Positions 27,224-39,630 of a DNA stretch of 64,000 nt are shown here, piece after piece (within the stretch, counting starts at the first letter, position 1; every line of letters begins with the position of its first letter). This DNA is from Massalongia carnosa (lineage: Eukaryota): contig OZ287071.1 in NCBI GenBank assembly GCA_965645245.1, positions 1,488,001-1,552,000 on the forward strand. The letters run 5' to 3'. The notes under the pieces were generated by a model. It was not told the DNA's origin. It worked only from the letters and a program-made list of their open reading frames with translations, and did not search any database. A program made the position numbers and the translations under genes.

Positions 27224-29035
27224 TCATTCCATGCACACATCCAAAGAATCCATCCTAAAGATCTCCACATCTTTTGCGGCGTCCAAAGGTCGCTTCCACA
27301 CTGACCTTCTCCAGCCCCCCTGCTTGCCCTCTTCAGGCCGACCTTGCAGCTTAAGCTTTCCAACCTGGAACAGTAAGCCCCCCAACTCCATCCACTGTAC
27401 TTTCCAGTCATGGTGCTGGCACTCGTTTCCAATCTTCTCTTCATGACGACCATCAACGTCAAGTTCTTTCATTTTCTCGGAGAAAGATTTATCATCAGGA
27501 TTATCAAGAAGCCGGATGGCTCTTAGTTTGGAAAGAAATGGAACCAGTAGCCGAAGATTCATGAAATTGGCATATTCAACTCCAATGCCGAGCTGTTCGA
27601 GATTGGGGCATTGTCGCACAATCAGGGCAATGTCATCGGGTGAAAGTCGCCATTGAGGCATCAGAAGTAGGTGGCGTAGCGTTTTACCATGGTTTGTGGT
27701 AATGGCTTCCAGATATTCATCCTTCAAGTTATGGGTAATGGTGCCATTGCTGGGCGAGTTCGTGCTAGAAGCCGGGGAGTTCGGGAGCGGAGTGGGGTCA
27801 CTTGCAGGCCCATTCTCGATTCCATCTTGCTTTTTGGATGGCCTTTTGGACCCGATTAGATACAGCCTCTCAAGGCCTGTAAAATTGCGAAGGAACTCAT
27901 ATTGTTGCCTAGACACCTTGTCGGTTCGTAGCATCTTGAGTTTAGGCATTAGATGCACCTTAGATAAACGCCAGCTTCGGTCCAGAAACGCAGTGCCTGC
28001 ATCGTCTCCAGATCCACCTGTGCAGTTTATAGCCGTGATCTCTTCAACTGTCGACATATCAAACACGCTGTTACATGATTGGTTATGCAATGTATACAAG
28101 TTCTTGACGACAGAACGTTTTATCTTCAACGGGCGATTTGCAGCAATTAACTTTCCAAAAAAGCTCTCCATGGAGACGCTTGGCTCTCGTGCATCACGCA
28201 TCCGAGGGCTCCATATCAGCTTTAAATCCTCAAGATGCTTGGCTTCGAGAAAAAAAACCGAGACATCATCTGCATAGCAAAGTGGATCAATATCATATAA
28301 AGCAATTGATTTCAAATTTGGCATTGAAGGCACCGTGGCAATAGGCCTTTGATACCGGGAGGATGGAAATCTGATGGTAATATGGGTCAGATTGGAGCAC
28401 TGAGAAAGCCCTTGCCATACGGTGGGTAACATTTTGGTGTTTAATTCCCAGCTAATTTGCCCTGTCAGCAAAGCTCGCTCACGTTGGTTGATTTGCGCCG
28501 TACCTAAAACTGCATAATACACTCATCTTTTCGACGGCCACACGGATTAATGTACCCAGCATCATACTCCCATCTGTAACTCTCCCCACCTGTGCATGTT
28601 CTTGTACTTCGTGCTCCTTCCACGCGCCATGTACCCTGAAACTCCTCACGTAGCCAGCAACATTTCTTGACACCAAACCATTAAGTGCCATCGAGAATGG
28701 GGATGACATGCCGCACCCCTCAGGCCGTCCATCACGTTGCGAGTATCGAATATAGTCATACGAACAAAGGGATACGTTGGCGTAGAGGGAAGGCAGGGTC
28801 ATGTAATGGAATACACGACATGTGCGACAAATTCGCGCAAGATCTGAGGCTTCGTCGAGCTAAGGATCCATCAGCTTTCCTCAGGGATAGCTGTTTGTCA
28901 AAAATGAGAGCTTACATAGGCTATGATGAGTGCTATCAGATTCAAGGGTAAAGGGAGGGCGGAGCCTCCGTACTCTTGTCCATTTCCACTGACTGAGCGA
29001 TCATTCGTGACGGCAAGCACATGGGTTTGGGACAT
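27224..29035 (-). CDS. F-box protein with RNI-like/LRR-type C-terminus, multi-exon
   Basis: Exons 1-2 give LPLNLIALIIAY|LDEASDLARICRTCRVFHYMTLPSLY (F-box); LRR-like repeats such as IVRQCPNLEQLGIG. Confidence 0.75.
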
Positions 29036-30236
29036 TACACAGAATCATAGGAGCATTGAATCCTCATAATAGACAAGAGCCCAAATTTAAGGGAAACTTG
29101 GTCTTGACTCATATTTTGAGGAGATATGGTGGAGAAGTTTAAAGGACAAGGTCACTGAATTAGGCAGACTATCAATGCTAGTTGATCTAACTAGTTGGAG
29201 TTGGACTGTCTGACGTGGATGCGCAAAGCTAATTCCACTTCTCCTAAAATCGGCTTCAAAACTTTCGCGTGCTAAGGTTTCTCCTTTTTCTTCATCTTCT
29301 TCTTTTCCACAAAATGGGCTGGGTCTCAAGTAATGGCATTGAAGTAGGCCCAGTCAATGAATAGGTCAATGGTATTTTGCAGGAGTTTGGAAGAACGGGA
29401 TGGAAACAGATCGTAGAGGGAAATTCGATGAGTGTTGCGAGATGAGTCCCTTGCTTCATGTTGTCCGTTCTAATGTATCATAACGATGAATTTGGAAGGG
29501 TAAAGGTTATGGAAAGCATTGAGCGCATCGCTGTAGCCCTACCGCTGCAGCTCCAATTCAGATTTGCAATTATGTTATGACATCTTAATTTAGGTATCTC
29601 ATAAATGACCACCAAGTAGCCAACTGCACGCTAAATGCGCTTGGAGACCTCGAGCTCTTGGTGCTGAGAGGAGGAGAACAAGACAAACTAGATATCATAT
29701 TTTCGCTTCATATGCCCCCAAACGCCAACGCTAAAGTCGAGTTTAAATGTTGGTATTTGTAGGTTTCAACCGGCAGATCGCGATGAAGCCTGGGTAGAAT
29801 TTATCGAGGCGGAATTAAACTGTAAACCTGCTAAGAAGTCGGCAATTAAATCTGATCAGGCTCCGTTTCCTAATGAAGTCTGTCCTGTAGAAGGAGAAGA
29901 AGAAGAAGAAGAAGAAGAAGGGGATGACATTCGTGGAGCGCTTGTCTGATCGTCGTCGTAGTCGTGGGTAATGCTTGCGGGATCATTACCCATTATCTGC
30001 CGCGGGGTTGGAACAAGGTTTGAGGACAAGAGCGCGGAGCTTTGGGATGCGATGGGCCTGGGGCGATTTTCGGATTTTAGTTGCACGGCATCTATGTCTG
30101 TTGGGAAGAATTTGGCCAAATTCGGACTGATAATGGAGGGCGATGGTTGCTGTGATTTCTCCGTAACATTCAGGGCAGACCCTCTTCTTCTTGTGTGGCC
30201 ATAGAATTGGCTACCTAAACTCCTTATTGGCGATCG

Positions 30237-32180
30237 CTATATTTCCGGCGAGACATGGTCGCTGGGTTGCAGTTGTAGTGTTCGAGATGCCTCCGCTTCC
30301 ATTAGGATGTCTATTCCGAGACGTGGCGCGGGGATTATGATCTGGGGCAGTGAAGCCAGATCCACAGAGGAAGTCCTATTGGGCTTTAGTCTATCAAAGA
30401 AACTTGCCGGTTGTGACGATATATTAATGATGTGCTTAGCCCGCGGGTCAACCGAGCCTCGCGTGTCTCGGGCATCGCCTTGCGCTTGAATAACCTCTTG
30501 AGGCGGGGATGAGCGACCGCGTTTGAACGGGTTTGTGACCCTTTGCCACCCGCTAAGAAGTGCCTTACGTCTTGATGAATGTTCAACCGAGCTTCCTGCT
30601 TGGTCGGACGGAACTGAGCCCTGCTCTAGGTGCGCAAAGGTTTCACCAGGATTCAACCTTGGAGGGCGTGAAGCTGGCATTGGGTCCTCATTGTCGTGAT
30701 AGTGTATAACGTAGACGGTACTCGCTGCGCTGGTTGTATCTTCTCTACTTACGGGCGAAGTAACTGTTGGTAGCGCTGCTAGCGAGTCATTTGTTGAGTA
30801 TTGCTTTGTACCATCGTTCTTCGGTAGCTCGCGCCCCTTGCTGGTCCGATTCTTGGTTCTTTCCCCACGGGTTTGACTTCTATGTGGCGGTACTCGTGCT
30901 CCGACAAATCGATTCGTGATACCGTTCCACCCCGTACTTGTGCCGTTGCCATCTCCTTGGCCACATCGCCCGCCAGCCCTCCTGTTATTTCGTCGCTGGC
31001 CCGAGCCATTGATCTCTGTCGACGGCGTGACTTGAAGCATTTCGTCCCCAGCAAAAATCTCTCGACCAAGGATCCCATCTTTCTTCTCGTCCCTTTCAAG
31101 AGCTTCTATCCGCTCCACCCATTCCCAGACGACCACGCTTGCGGCCGCCGCACCTACCCAGCGTACATAATTACCCCAGCCGTTAACATTAGGTTGTGAA
31201 ATATCCAGAACAAAAAACACCACTGGGATAAGGACTGCCGTCAAGGCAAGTATAGCTAACAAAAATATATTCCGCATTTTACGGTGAAAGAAAGCATATC
31301 GGCGTTTAGATAGTGAATAGTAGATGACCCAAGCGGCATAGAGTAAACTTAGAGAAAGGGCAAACAGATAGTTGAGCGCGGGTATAGCATCCACGAATTT
31401 CCGTGGTCGGGTCTTGCCATTGTTCGCAACAAAATAGTTGAGAATGCTGAAAGTTGTGTCCAGGACTATAAGACCGAATCCAATCCACTTGATAATTACC
31501 TTCTCCTTATGCCTTGTGAAAAGCCGTATAAGAGTTTGAACCTGTGCAAGCCATAGACAAGTATCTGAAATGACCCTGGTGATCCGAATCTCCAACCCTT
31601 CCCCCACACTGTCCGTAAGAGCAACGGCGTCTTGATATCCAGCTTCATATTGTTCCTCAGCGACTCGGAACGTATCCGCCGTAGCAATAGTCAATGATAT
31701 TGCGACAGTCAACGCAGCGACTTTTTGTAGCCATGGCCGGCTTCCGATTCCGATGACTGCCGAGGTTCCCGAGGCTCCAGTGATCATATTTCGCTGTCCC
31801 AAGAACCCTCCTCCTGCGCCACCCACGACGAACGTCCTTGGCGTGATGAAGAGTATGATTACCAGCATGTAGCTCACGATTGTGGCTGCAGCGATGGCAT
31901 AGATCTGAGGTGAAGTGGATGCGTAGAACGGCTCTCGAGCGCCCAAAATGGATGTGTCAGATTCCAGTTGTTCCAGAGTGACGGGATGAGGCTTCGGTTG
32001 GCCTGAACACGCAGGTTGGAAGACCGCATCCTGTAAGAGCGTGATTAAAGTACCATTACCCACAGTGAGAAGACCTCCAGCGGGAAGCCTAAACGGCGTG
32101 CAGTGTCGGGGTAATGCCGTTGTGGTTGGAGTAGGAGGAGCCCATATTTGACGACGAAGCAGCAATGGATCTGGAGGCAT
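30237..32180 (-). CDS. palH: pH-sensing 7-TM receptor PalH/Rim21
   Basis: AREPFYASTSPQ, RPWLQKVAAL, WLAQVQTLIRLF, WVGAAAASVVVWEWVERIEALER, GILGREIF. ATG at 32180; first stop is TAG at 30237, but the frame stays open to 29856. Confidence 0.93.
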   Translation of the reverse strand: MPPDPLLLRRQIWAPPTPTTTALPRHCTPFRLPAGGLLTVGNGTLITLLQDAVFQPACSGQPKPHPVTLEQLESDTSILGAREPFYASTSPQIYAIAAATIVSYMLVIILFITPRTFVVGGAGGGFLGQRNMITGASGTSAVIGIGSRPWLQKVAALTVAISLTIATADTFRVAEEQYEAGYQDAVALTDSVGEGLEIRITRVISDTCLWLAQVQTLIRLFTRHKEKVIIKWIGFGLIVLDTTFSILNYFVANNGKTRPRKFVDAIPALNYLFALSLSLLYAAWVIYYSLSKRRYAFFHRKMRNIFLLAILALTAVLIPVVFFVLDISQPNVNGWGNYVRWVGAAAASVVVWEWVERIEALERDEKKDGILGREIFAGDEMLQVTPSTEINGSGQRRNNRRAGGRCGQGDGNGTSTGWNGITNRFVGARVPPHRSQTRGERTKNRTSKGRELPKNDGTKQYSTNDSLAALPTVTSPVSREDTTSAASTVYVIHYHDNEDPMPASRPPRLNPGETFAHLEQGSVPSDQAGSSVEHSSRRKALLSGWQRVTNPFKRGRSSPPQEVIQAQGDARDTRGSVDPRAKHIINISSQPASFFDRLKPNRTSSVDLASLPQIIIPAPRLGIDILMEAEASRTLQLQPSDHVSPEI

Positions 32181-32615
32181 TGCCAACTGATCGCAAACCT
32201 AGAGTAACGGTTGCAGCCGCGTGTCAGAGAAACTAGAATCTTCTTTTCTTATTCGTCAGCCTCTCCATCTTTGAGGCAAGCAACGCCTCTGATGGCCAAG
32301 CTGCTGGACTTCACTCATCAGAAACGAGGGCAATAAGAGATATGAAAGCAGCATAAACCATGAAGAGGGATCTGAGAACTCAAGCCATAAACCAGAGTAA
32401 GCAGTTCCGGTTTTCCATCATATGCCGAGGGGGTTGTATTGGGCACACGAGTACTTTACGCACTTACTGGCTGAGAACGCCATTAGCCCTACAAGGTAGA
32501 AACGGCTGAACCCGCAACGTTCTTTGATAACCCCCTTACTCTGGATGTTAACCAATTAGAAGTGGTTACAAGAGTACCTAAGCGAGAACCTAATCGAGGT
32601 GCTTTGTACAAGGTA

Positions 32616-35366
32616 CAAATCGGGTACCAGAAGTCACCGATCGATGACGTCATTTTACCCCATCGAAAAAAACCCCCTCATTTTCCATCTCCCATTTCTC
32701 TACCATTTTTCTTTCAATTTACCTCATGCCTTCAAAACCGAAGACCAAAAGACGTGAACATTCAGCCGAGACCATTTCCACCATCATTGCCCTACATCAG
32801 CTAAATAAATCCCATGGTCAAATAGCTGACCATTTGAAATTAGCTAAATCGACCACAGTGGGTGTCAAAAGTTTTTACCTAATGAGGGTAGGATTTTTAA
32901 GCGAAAGTCCCCCATGTGGATGAAATTTTTTTTAGATTTCCTCCCCCAATCAACCATGGCACCATCTACTCCACCACCACAGGCCAAAAAATCCCCTGAT
33001 GCTGATACTATCAGAAAAACCCGCCTTTTTCATGCTATTGATCATCGGCCGGAAAATGTCACCATCAAAGATGTCTGCGAGCAGGAGAGCATCAAGCTCG
33101 ATCAAGGAAAATATTGGCTGAAGCAACGCCAGCGTCTTGAAGACGTCGCCTATCGACGACGTTCTCGTAGCGGTCGACCTAAAAAAGTGAGCACTCAGTT
33201 GATAAATCAGATGCTGAATCCACATACAAATAGCGTTCGCGATCAGCCGTACACCGTTACAATTGGAGCACTTACATATATATGCAATGCGACGTACACT
33301 GCAAAGAGCATTCAGTACTCGCAAACCTCGTGCCGCTCGATTTAAAAAAGCGAAGGTGAAAACGCTCAGTCAGAAAAACGAGCGACTACGAGTTCTATAC
33401 GGGAAAGAGCATGAAAATCATACTATTGAGAATTTCTGGCAGTACGTTCATTTCACGGATGAGGCTCATTTCGACCCGGATCAAACGTACCAAGAGCGAG
33501 TTCTTCGAGAGGAAGGCACTAGATACGAGTTAGAAAACATGCAAAAGATGCCGGACATGAAGGGAGTAAAACTGCATGTGGCCGCTTCTATTTTGTGGCA
33601 TCATAAAGGGCCGCTGACGTTTTACAATGACGAGCACGACGCGCCTGAAATTCTGGTTCACAAGCCCAGAAAACCACGCAAGTCGAAGTATGAAACGGAG
33701 CATGATCATCGTCAGCGAATAGCTGAATGGGAGGCATCTCTACCTCACGATTTAGAGATTAAATCAAAAGGCAATAGCATGACTCAAGCTTATTATACGG
33801 AGCGTCTGCTTCCCGGCTATATGACTGAAATTCATGAATGTCGTGTTTTTCATGATCGATTTTGCATCTTTCAAGAAGATAACGATCCTAGTCACGGCAC
33901 ACGATCTACAGACAATATCGTACGTAGATTCAAGGCAGCTAGCTGGATTGAAACGTTGAATCATCCTCCGCAATCCCCTGATCTCAATCCAACGGAAGGG
34001 GTATGGAATATTCTGAAACAGCGAGTTAGACGGCGACGGTGCAGCAATGTGAGAGAGTTAAAACGGGTGATTCTAGATGAATGGGACAAAATATCTATAG
34101 ATGAAATTCGGGCCCGAATTAAGGAGATGCCTGATCGATGTAAGAGATTAATAGCGACGGAGGGCAAAGCAATAAAATCCGATCTATGGTAAATTCTGAT
34201 GATTTTGGTGAGGTGCCTTGAAAATTTTGGTGAGGGCCCTGACCCCCATTAGGTAAAAACTTTTGACACCCACGTGGACCGTTACCACCATTATACATCG
34301 TCATACCAGGTCTTCAGAAATAATCCCCTTGAGAAAAAACGATTCGGTCGTCCCCCCAAGCTTGATGCCCGTGCCAGACGTCAATTAATTCGTCATGTGG
34401 AGAGGTTTCCTCACGACAATCTACTGTCTTTGGCCACCCCTTCCAAAACGGGACAGAAGACCTCTCGCTCCACCGTACGAAGGTATCTGAAGGCGGCCGG
34501 TTATTTACGCTTTAAGGCTCGAAGGAAGCCCTTTCTAAATGAACGTCACAAGAAGGCTAGGCTGGCCTGGGCTCGAGAGCACAAGGAATGGACATTGAAT
34601 GATTGGCTACGTGTTATATGGACAGATGAAGCTACGTTTGAAACGGGTTTAGACTCTCGAAGTTGCTATGTTACACGCCGAAAAGGAAATGCATTTGAGG
34701 CTCGATACTTAAAGCCTACATTCAAAAGTGGAAGAAGCACTATAGGCATTTGGGCAGCTATAACTCTGAGTATCAAGGGACCGATGCTCGTTTTGACGAG
34801 AGGAAGACGAATGAACTCTGAAATCTACATTGAGGAGGTGCTAAAGCCGCTGGGAGTGACCTTTTATGAAAGATGCGTGGCAAAGAGAGGTCTGATGATT
34901 TGGATGGATGATGGGGCCGGTTATCATACTTCAAAGAAGGTGCTTGATTTTGGACGAGAGGTAGGGCTTTTACGCATGAAATGGCCGGCTCAATCACCAG
35001 ACCTCAACCCCATTGAGAATCTGTGGCGTATCATCAAAATACGAGTCAGTGCCCGTCGTCATCAAATTCATTCAGTTGAGGCCATGACGGAGGCATTGGT
35101 GAACGAATGGGACAAGTTGACTGCGAGGGACTTTCAGAAGTGCATAGCGAGTATGCCTAAACGTTGTCACATGGTAATTAAGGCTCAGGGGGAGGCCATT
35201 AAATACTGATTATTTCATCTGATTTTTCATTCAAAATTTCATTAAATTTGAAAATTTGAGACCATTCCATCAACTATTGAATTTATGGTAGGGGTTGAAA
35301 GTTAGGGTAAGGAGGTGAAATTTGATGGGGTGCGGGGCACGGTCGGTGACTTCTGGTATCCGACTG
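32616..35366 (+). mobile_element. Tc1/mariner DD34E transposon (element A), TA-flanked, interrupted by element B
   Basis: TIRs CAAATCGGGTACCAGAAGTCACCGA (32616) and CAGTCGGATACCAGAAGTCACCGA (reverse complement, ends 35366), with TA on both sides. Transposase from ATG 32726 to 35209 with WTDE, WMDDGAGYH and SPDLNPIE (34 residues between D and E); frameshift near 34335. Confidence 0.92.
32854..34276 (+). mobile_element. IS630/Tc1-like DD38E transposon (element B) with CAC...GTG termini, nested in element A at a non-TA site
   Basis: About 30-bp TIRs CAC(A)GTGGGTGTCAAAAGTTTTTACCTAATG. Transposase 32956-34192 with one frameshift near 33260 (HFTDE, FQEDNDPSHG, SPDLNPTE). Removing B and one GAC copy restores the host frame LAKSTVTTIIHR. 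Confidence 0.9.
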
Positions 35367-35368
35367 TA

Positions 35369-36700
35369 CAAGGTTGGGTGACATTGGTCCGTGCCCCCCC
35401 CCTAAATTTCGAAAAACTGCCCCTTCTACCACCATTTTACATTGATCATTCGTCAATCACATGGCTATTACACGCAGTTTTCGAAGTCCCCGTAAACGAG
35501 GTGGCTATCATGGTTTAGAATGGGGTACGCCCATTAAAAATCAATGCTACGGTCGCATGGACGCAGGGCAATCACTGCATAGAATTCATGCCGTCACAGG
35601 GGTGCATCGGGACACTCTTCGTAAATGGCGAAAACAGCGCGATATTGGAACCACAGTCAGAAGAAAAGGTGCTGAACGGGCTGGAAAAGCACGAAAAGTC
35701 TCCGATTGGGAAATCAAAAAGGTGCTCAATTGGGTGCTAAAGGAGAAATACTCTGGAAGACGTATGTCATTTGCTTAGTTATGCAAACGTCACAATTTAC
35801 CAATTCATCCTCGAACTCTCGCACGACGTTTAGCTCAATTGGGCTATCGCAAAATGCACTGCATGCCCGAACCCTTTCATCAATGAAAAGAATCGAAAAA
35901 TTCGACTCGCTTTCTCTGTAAAGTTCGAGAACTGGACGCATGCCTGGAAACGACTTCGATTCAGTGATGAGAGCACGTTTTACACGGGCAAACATAAAAA
36001 GGATCAAATTCTTCGCAAGGCGGATGAACGATACTGTCTTGATTGCATTCAGACTCGTTTTCGGAGTGGTAGAACGTCGTTTTCAGTATGGGGAATGGTG
36101 GGGTGGGGGTATAAATCAAAACTGGTGTTTTTGCAGAATTTCTCCGGGGCCAGGGGAATGACCAAAGAAGACTATATAAAACAGGTGCTACTACCTGTCG
36201 TTTCTCCGTACTTTCAGGAGAGTAATTATATTTCTCCTTATGAACGTACGGAGCATTCCCTTCATGCCCGAGAGTTCGGTGAAATTCTCTTTCAGGAGGA
36301 TGGAAATCGAGCCCATGGTTTGGGGTTTGGAAAGCGAAATCTTTCACAACTGAAAGACTCATTCAAAATTCCTTTTTTTAATGATGGAGCATGGCCTCCA
36401 TGCTCACCAGATCTCAATATAATCGAGAATGTTTGGAGGATAATCAAGCAACGAATCGGAAGTTATGACATGGTTATCACTACTCTGGATGACATGAAGA
36501 AGGCCGTTCAGCACGAATGGAACGAGGTAAAACAAGAGGAAATTGACAATTTGGTAGCTACAATGCCTTCTCGTATAAAGCAATGTAAAGATAGAGAAGG
36601 TAACGCAACAAAATGGTAGAAATGAAGATGTTTTGTTGTTGTTTTGTGACTGTTTTTCGAAATTTAGGGGGGGGGCACGGACCAATATCACTCAACCTTG
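35369..36700 (+). mobile_element. IS630/Tc1-like DD41E transposon (element C), TA-flanked, abutting element A
   Basis: About 48-bp TIRs CAAGGTTG(G/A)GTGA(C/T)ATTGGTCCGTGCCCCCCCCTAAATTTCGAAAAAC; TA at 35367-8 and 36701-2. Disrupted transposase 35461-36619 (RFSDE, FQEDGNRAHG, SPDLNIIE; in-frame TAG at 35776 plus frameshift). Confidence 0.92.
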
Positions 36701-36896
36701 TACAGTTATACCGTCCAGCCTCATGCCATTTCTGCTCTACAAACATCGCTGGCGACGTAGTGTATCTTTACAAATACAATTGCTCCAGTCCCGATGCCAA
36801 TCTCAATTAATTCGCGGGCCTGCTCAAAGATCTGCCTTTACCACAACGCCTGGCATCCCAAGGCGCATCCGCCACATGCAGCATATTAAAATTACA

Positions 36897-38910
36897 TCAT
36901 CCGGGCCTTTTGTGAGCGAGCGGAACGCCATCATACTTATCGAGCTCACTTCCATCCCCAGAGTAGCCAATCTGATCCCGATTATCATCAATGATACGTG
37001 CATATTCGAGGAGAAGGCGGAACATGTATATCTAAGAGGTTCATATAAGTTTCGGTGCAAAACTCATGACCCTGGAAAGAGTCAAGACTCACTTCAATGT
37101 CCTCTCTTCGCAGAACCTTGCTGGCCCACTCTCTCCCTTGATCCGCTATGCGTTTGCCCTCAGAATCGTGTCTTGCAACGTATGGATGGCTGTCAGAGCT
37201 CCCGTTATCCGCTGCTTGCTGTTGGATAGACATGCCCAGGCCAACAAAGTAGGTGAGCAAGCTATACATATCATCGTACCTGTTGTCCATGGGAACAAAA
37301 TGTCGCCAAGCAAAAAGCCTCGAGTCATGCCATTCGCGAAAGATGGTCGCCTTGATACGTAAAGACTTGCTTTGAAGGAAAGCGTGCCAGCGTCCCGAAA
37401 AGGAATGGCCGTCAACATCAACAAGATACTTGTATTTAAATTGCTCAGGCAGAGAGACCTCGGACTTGAGAGAAAACACGTTGTCGTAAAAGCTACAGTC
37501 TGGTATGCATCCCCAAGTCTCCGTAAACCCAACGTCTGTATGCTTTTCGGCGAACTCAGACGGGCGAAATTGCCGGAAATTTTCGTATTCGCCCCTTTTT
37601 TCGGGTTGTTCAGCTAAGATCCTTACATCTTTACCTTGCATTTCAGTGCCATTGGTCAGCATGACCAATCGTTGACGATGCATTTGTTGCCAGTTATCTT
37701 TATTCTGCGTCCCGCCAGAAGTCACACCCCGCCAAATCATAACTTCTTTCTTGTCATCCCAATGAACGTCGTGCTTGGCGCTGTAATCATACCGCTTATC
37801 ATGTTTCCAATACATGTTGGCAGGGAAAAGGATATCGCTATTCACGTTGACCTTGCACTCGCCAAATATCGGCACGAGCCGTTTAGTGGCAATGACAGAA
37901 GAACTGGAGAAGAGGAAACCATGTTTGTCTTTAATTTCAGGCCCTACCGTACATAAGTCAGAGCTGCGGTTGAAGTTTGTGATGATTCCCCCGAAGCGAT
38001 CTTTGTAGAGGGCTTCGGCATCAAACGACGTCGTCCGATGACTTCGCGCGTGAGCTTCTGGTGGGCAAGCAGTGCTAGCAATGTCCATGTACTGTTTCCC
38101 ATGAGCTGCATACCACTCGGGATCTTCCTTTGGCGTCCCGTCGTCATCCGCGGTCATATTCAGAAGTTCCTGCATTTCCATAGTAAACGCATCGCTAGTT
38201 TCAGGTGGGGTTTTACGGGTTTTTAACTCTTTTTCCAGGAGATCCTGCATATCTCCCCATGGAACCACCACTCGTGGCTGATCTAACCGGTTCATAGCAA
38301 TATCCATGTCTGGCAAGTATTTGATGAATTTTTCGATCAGCGTCACCATTGTCTCGGATCTCCAGGAACCGTGTGTTACTTTCGCAACCTTGTGATTTCG
38401 AATGTGGATGCCCGCCACCCCTTGGCTCTCGTCTTTCCACATATTTGCGGCTAAATTCCGTAACACCCGGGGTTCAACTGCCCAAAAAGGGCGCATGTCA
38501 TCCATTATCTGCTCAAAGTCATCGATATTGTGAACGTCCTTTTTCCGTGCGTATTGATACCAGTCTTTGAAACCTGGAGGGGGATGTCGCCCATATCTCC
38601 GCCTATATCTGCTTACGGTCTGTCTGAAGGTTGTTGATCGGCTATCCTCATATGTGCGCCACGTCTTGTCAGCTTGCCTCATTAGCAAGGATATTGGATG
38701 CTCGTCGACGGGCTCTGGGGAATCGTCCAAGTTCTCGCCGTAATGCCATGGTTTCTTTTTCAGCCCTGGTATAGCAGGAACCGGTATACTATGGATCTGT
38801 GATTTGATGTTTGACTCTGAGAGTCGAAGAAAATTACCAATCGTGATGAGTAGAGTAAATGCCGCAATAGCGAGAACGAGAAGCTGCCTGTTGGGCTTGA
38901 GTGAGGCCAT
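36897..38910 (-). CDS. CAP10-like glycosyltransferase family 90 (putative xylosyltransferase)
   Basis: N-terminal TM anchor; YRRRYGRHPPPGFKDWY; LPDMDIAMNRLDQPRV; WRGVTSGG; YKYLVDVDGHSFSGRW; ATIFREWHDSRL. Last exon IYMFRLLLEYAR ends with TGA at 36897. Confidence 0.9.
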
Positions 38911-39224
38911 GTTTATCTAGGTTGTTGGAATGACATATGGCGCATCGACGAAAGCTCCAACATGCGCTCGGTGGAGACTATAAATAAGCTCAAAGCCATA
39001 TCCCTGATCTATAATACATAACGCTATTCAAAGAGAAGTATGTATTTGGCTAAAGTAAACGAACTCCAGGAGTTTTAATTGAGGGATGTAGTGAGTTACC
39101 GGAGGTTTCCTGAACGACTTCCATACCACTAAAGAATACTTAACTTATCACGTGAGTAGCATTAACGCTATCTATCGAGTTGGTTAGCGAGTCCAGTTCT
39201 GGCTGGACCGCCGTAGCTGCTTGG

Positions 39225-39487
39225 CACGCGGCTGACAAAAAAACCGGGACACCAAAACCTGCTTCCCGGAACAAATCAAGCAAACTTTTCAAAAAAACAT
39301 CTTTTCTTGAAAATCATTCAGCAACAAAAACAACCTGAAAAATCTTGAAGTCTTCTCAGATGACAGTACACATATCAATCTTAAATTCCTGAAATTATTA
39401 AGTGTAGGAAAAAATAATTGCATGATATTGTTCTACGCGTAAGAGTGCTCAAGTTTTTGGTGTCCCGGTTTTTATGTCAGCCGCGTG
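39225..39487. mobile_element. 263-bp MITE with CACGCGG termini and 5-bp TSD (CTTGG)
   Basis: About 35-bp TIRs CACGCGGCTGACA(A/T)AAAAACCGGGACACCAAAA; CTTGG at 39220-39224 and 39488-39492; AT-rich non-coding interior. Confidence 0.88.
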
Positions 39488-39630
39488 CTTGGTTAGTACG
39501 GAGTACGAAGTACTCAAATTTACTACGGCAAAAAGACTCAAATAGTATTGGAAGATTAGGAATACGACTCTTCTATCTACTTTCGGGTAATTATCAATTA
39601 GCGTGTTGAAAATAGGGGTGAATACGAGTA

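Noticed and set aside
32854..32880. CACAGTG equals the V(D)J RSS heptamer, and A-tracts in the MITE TIR resemble the nonamer
   Set aside because: There is no 12/23 spacing, the opposite end reads CACGTG, and the encoded transposase is Tc1-like rather than Transib/RAG.
36633..37229. 198-aa plus-strand ORF
   Set aside because: It spans the element C TIR and lies antisense to the GT90 3' end.
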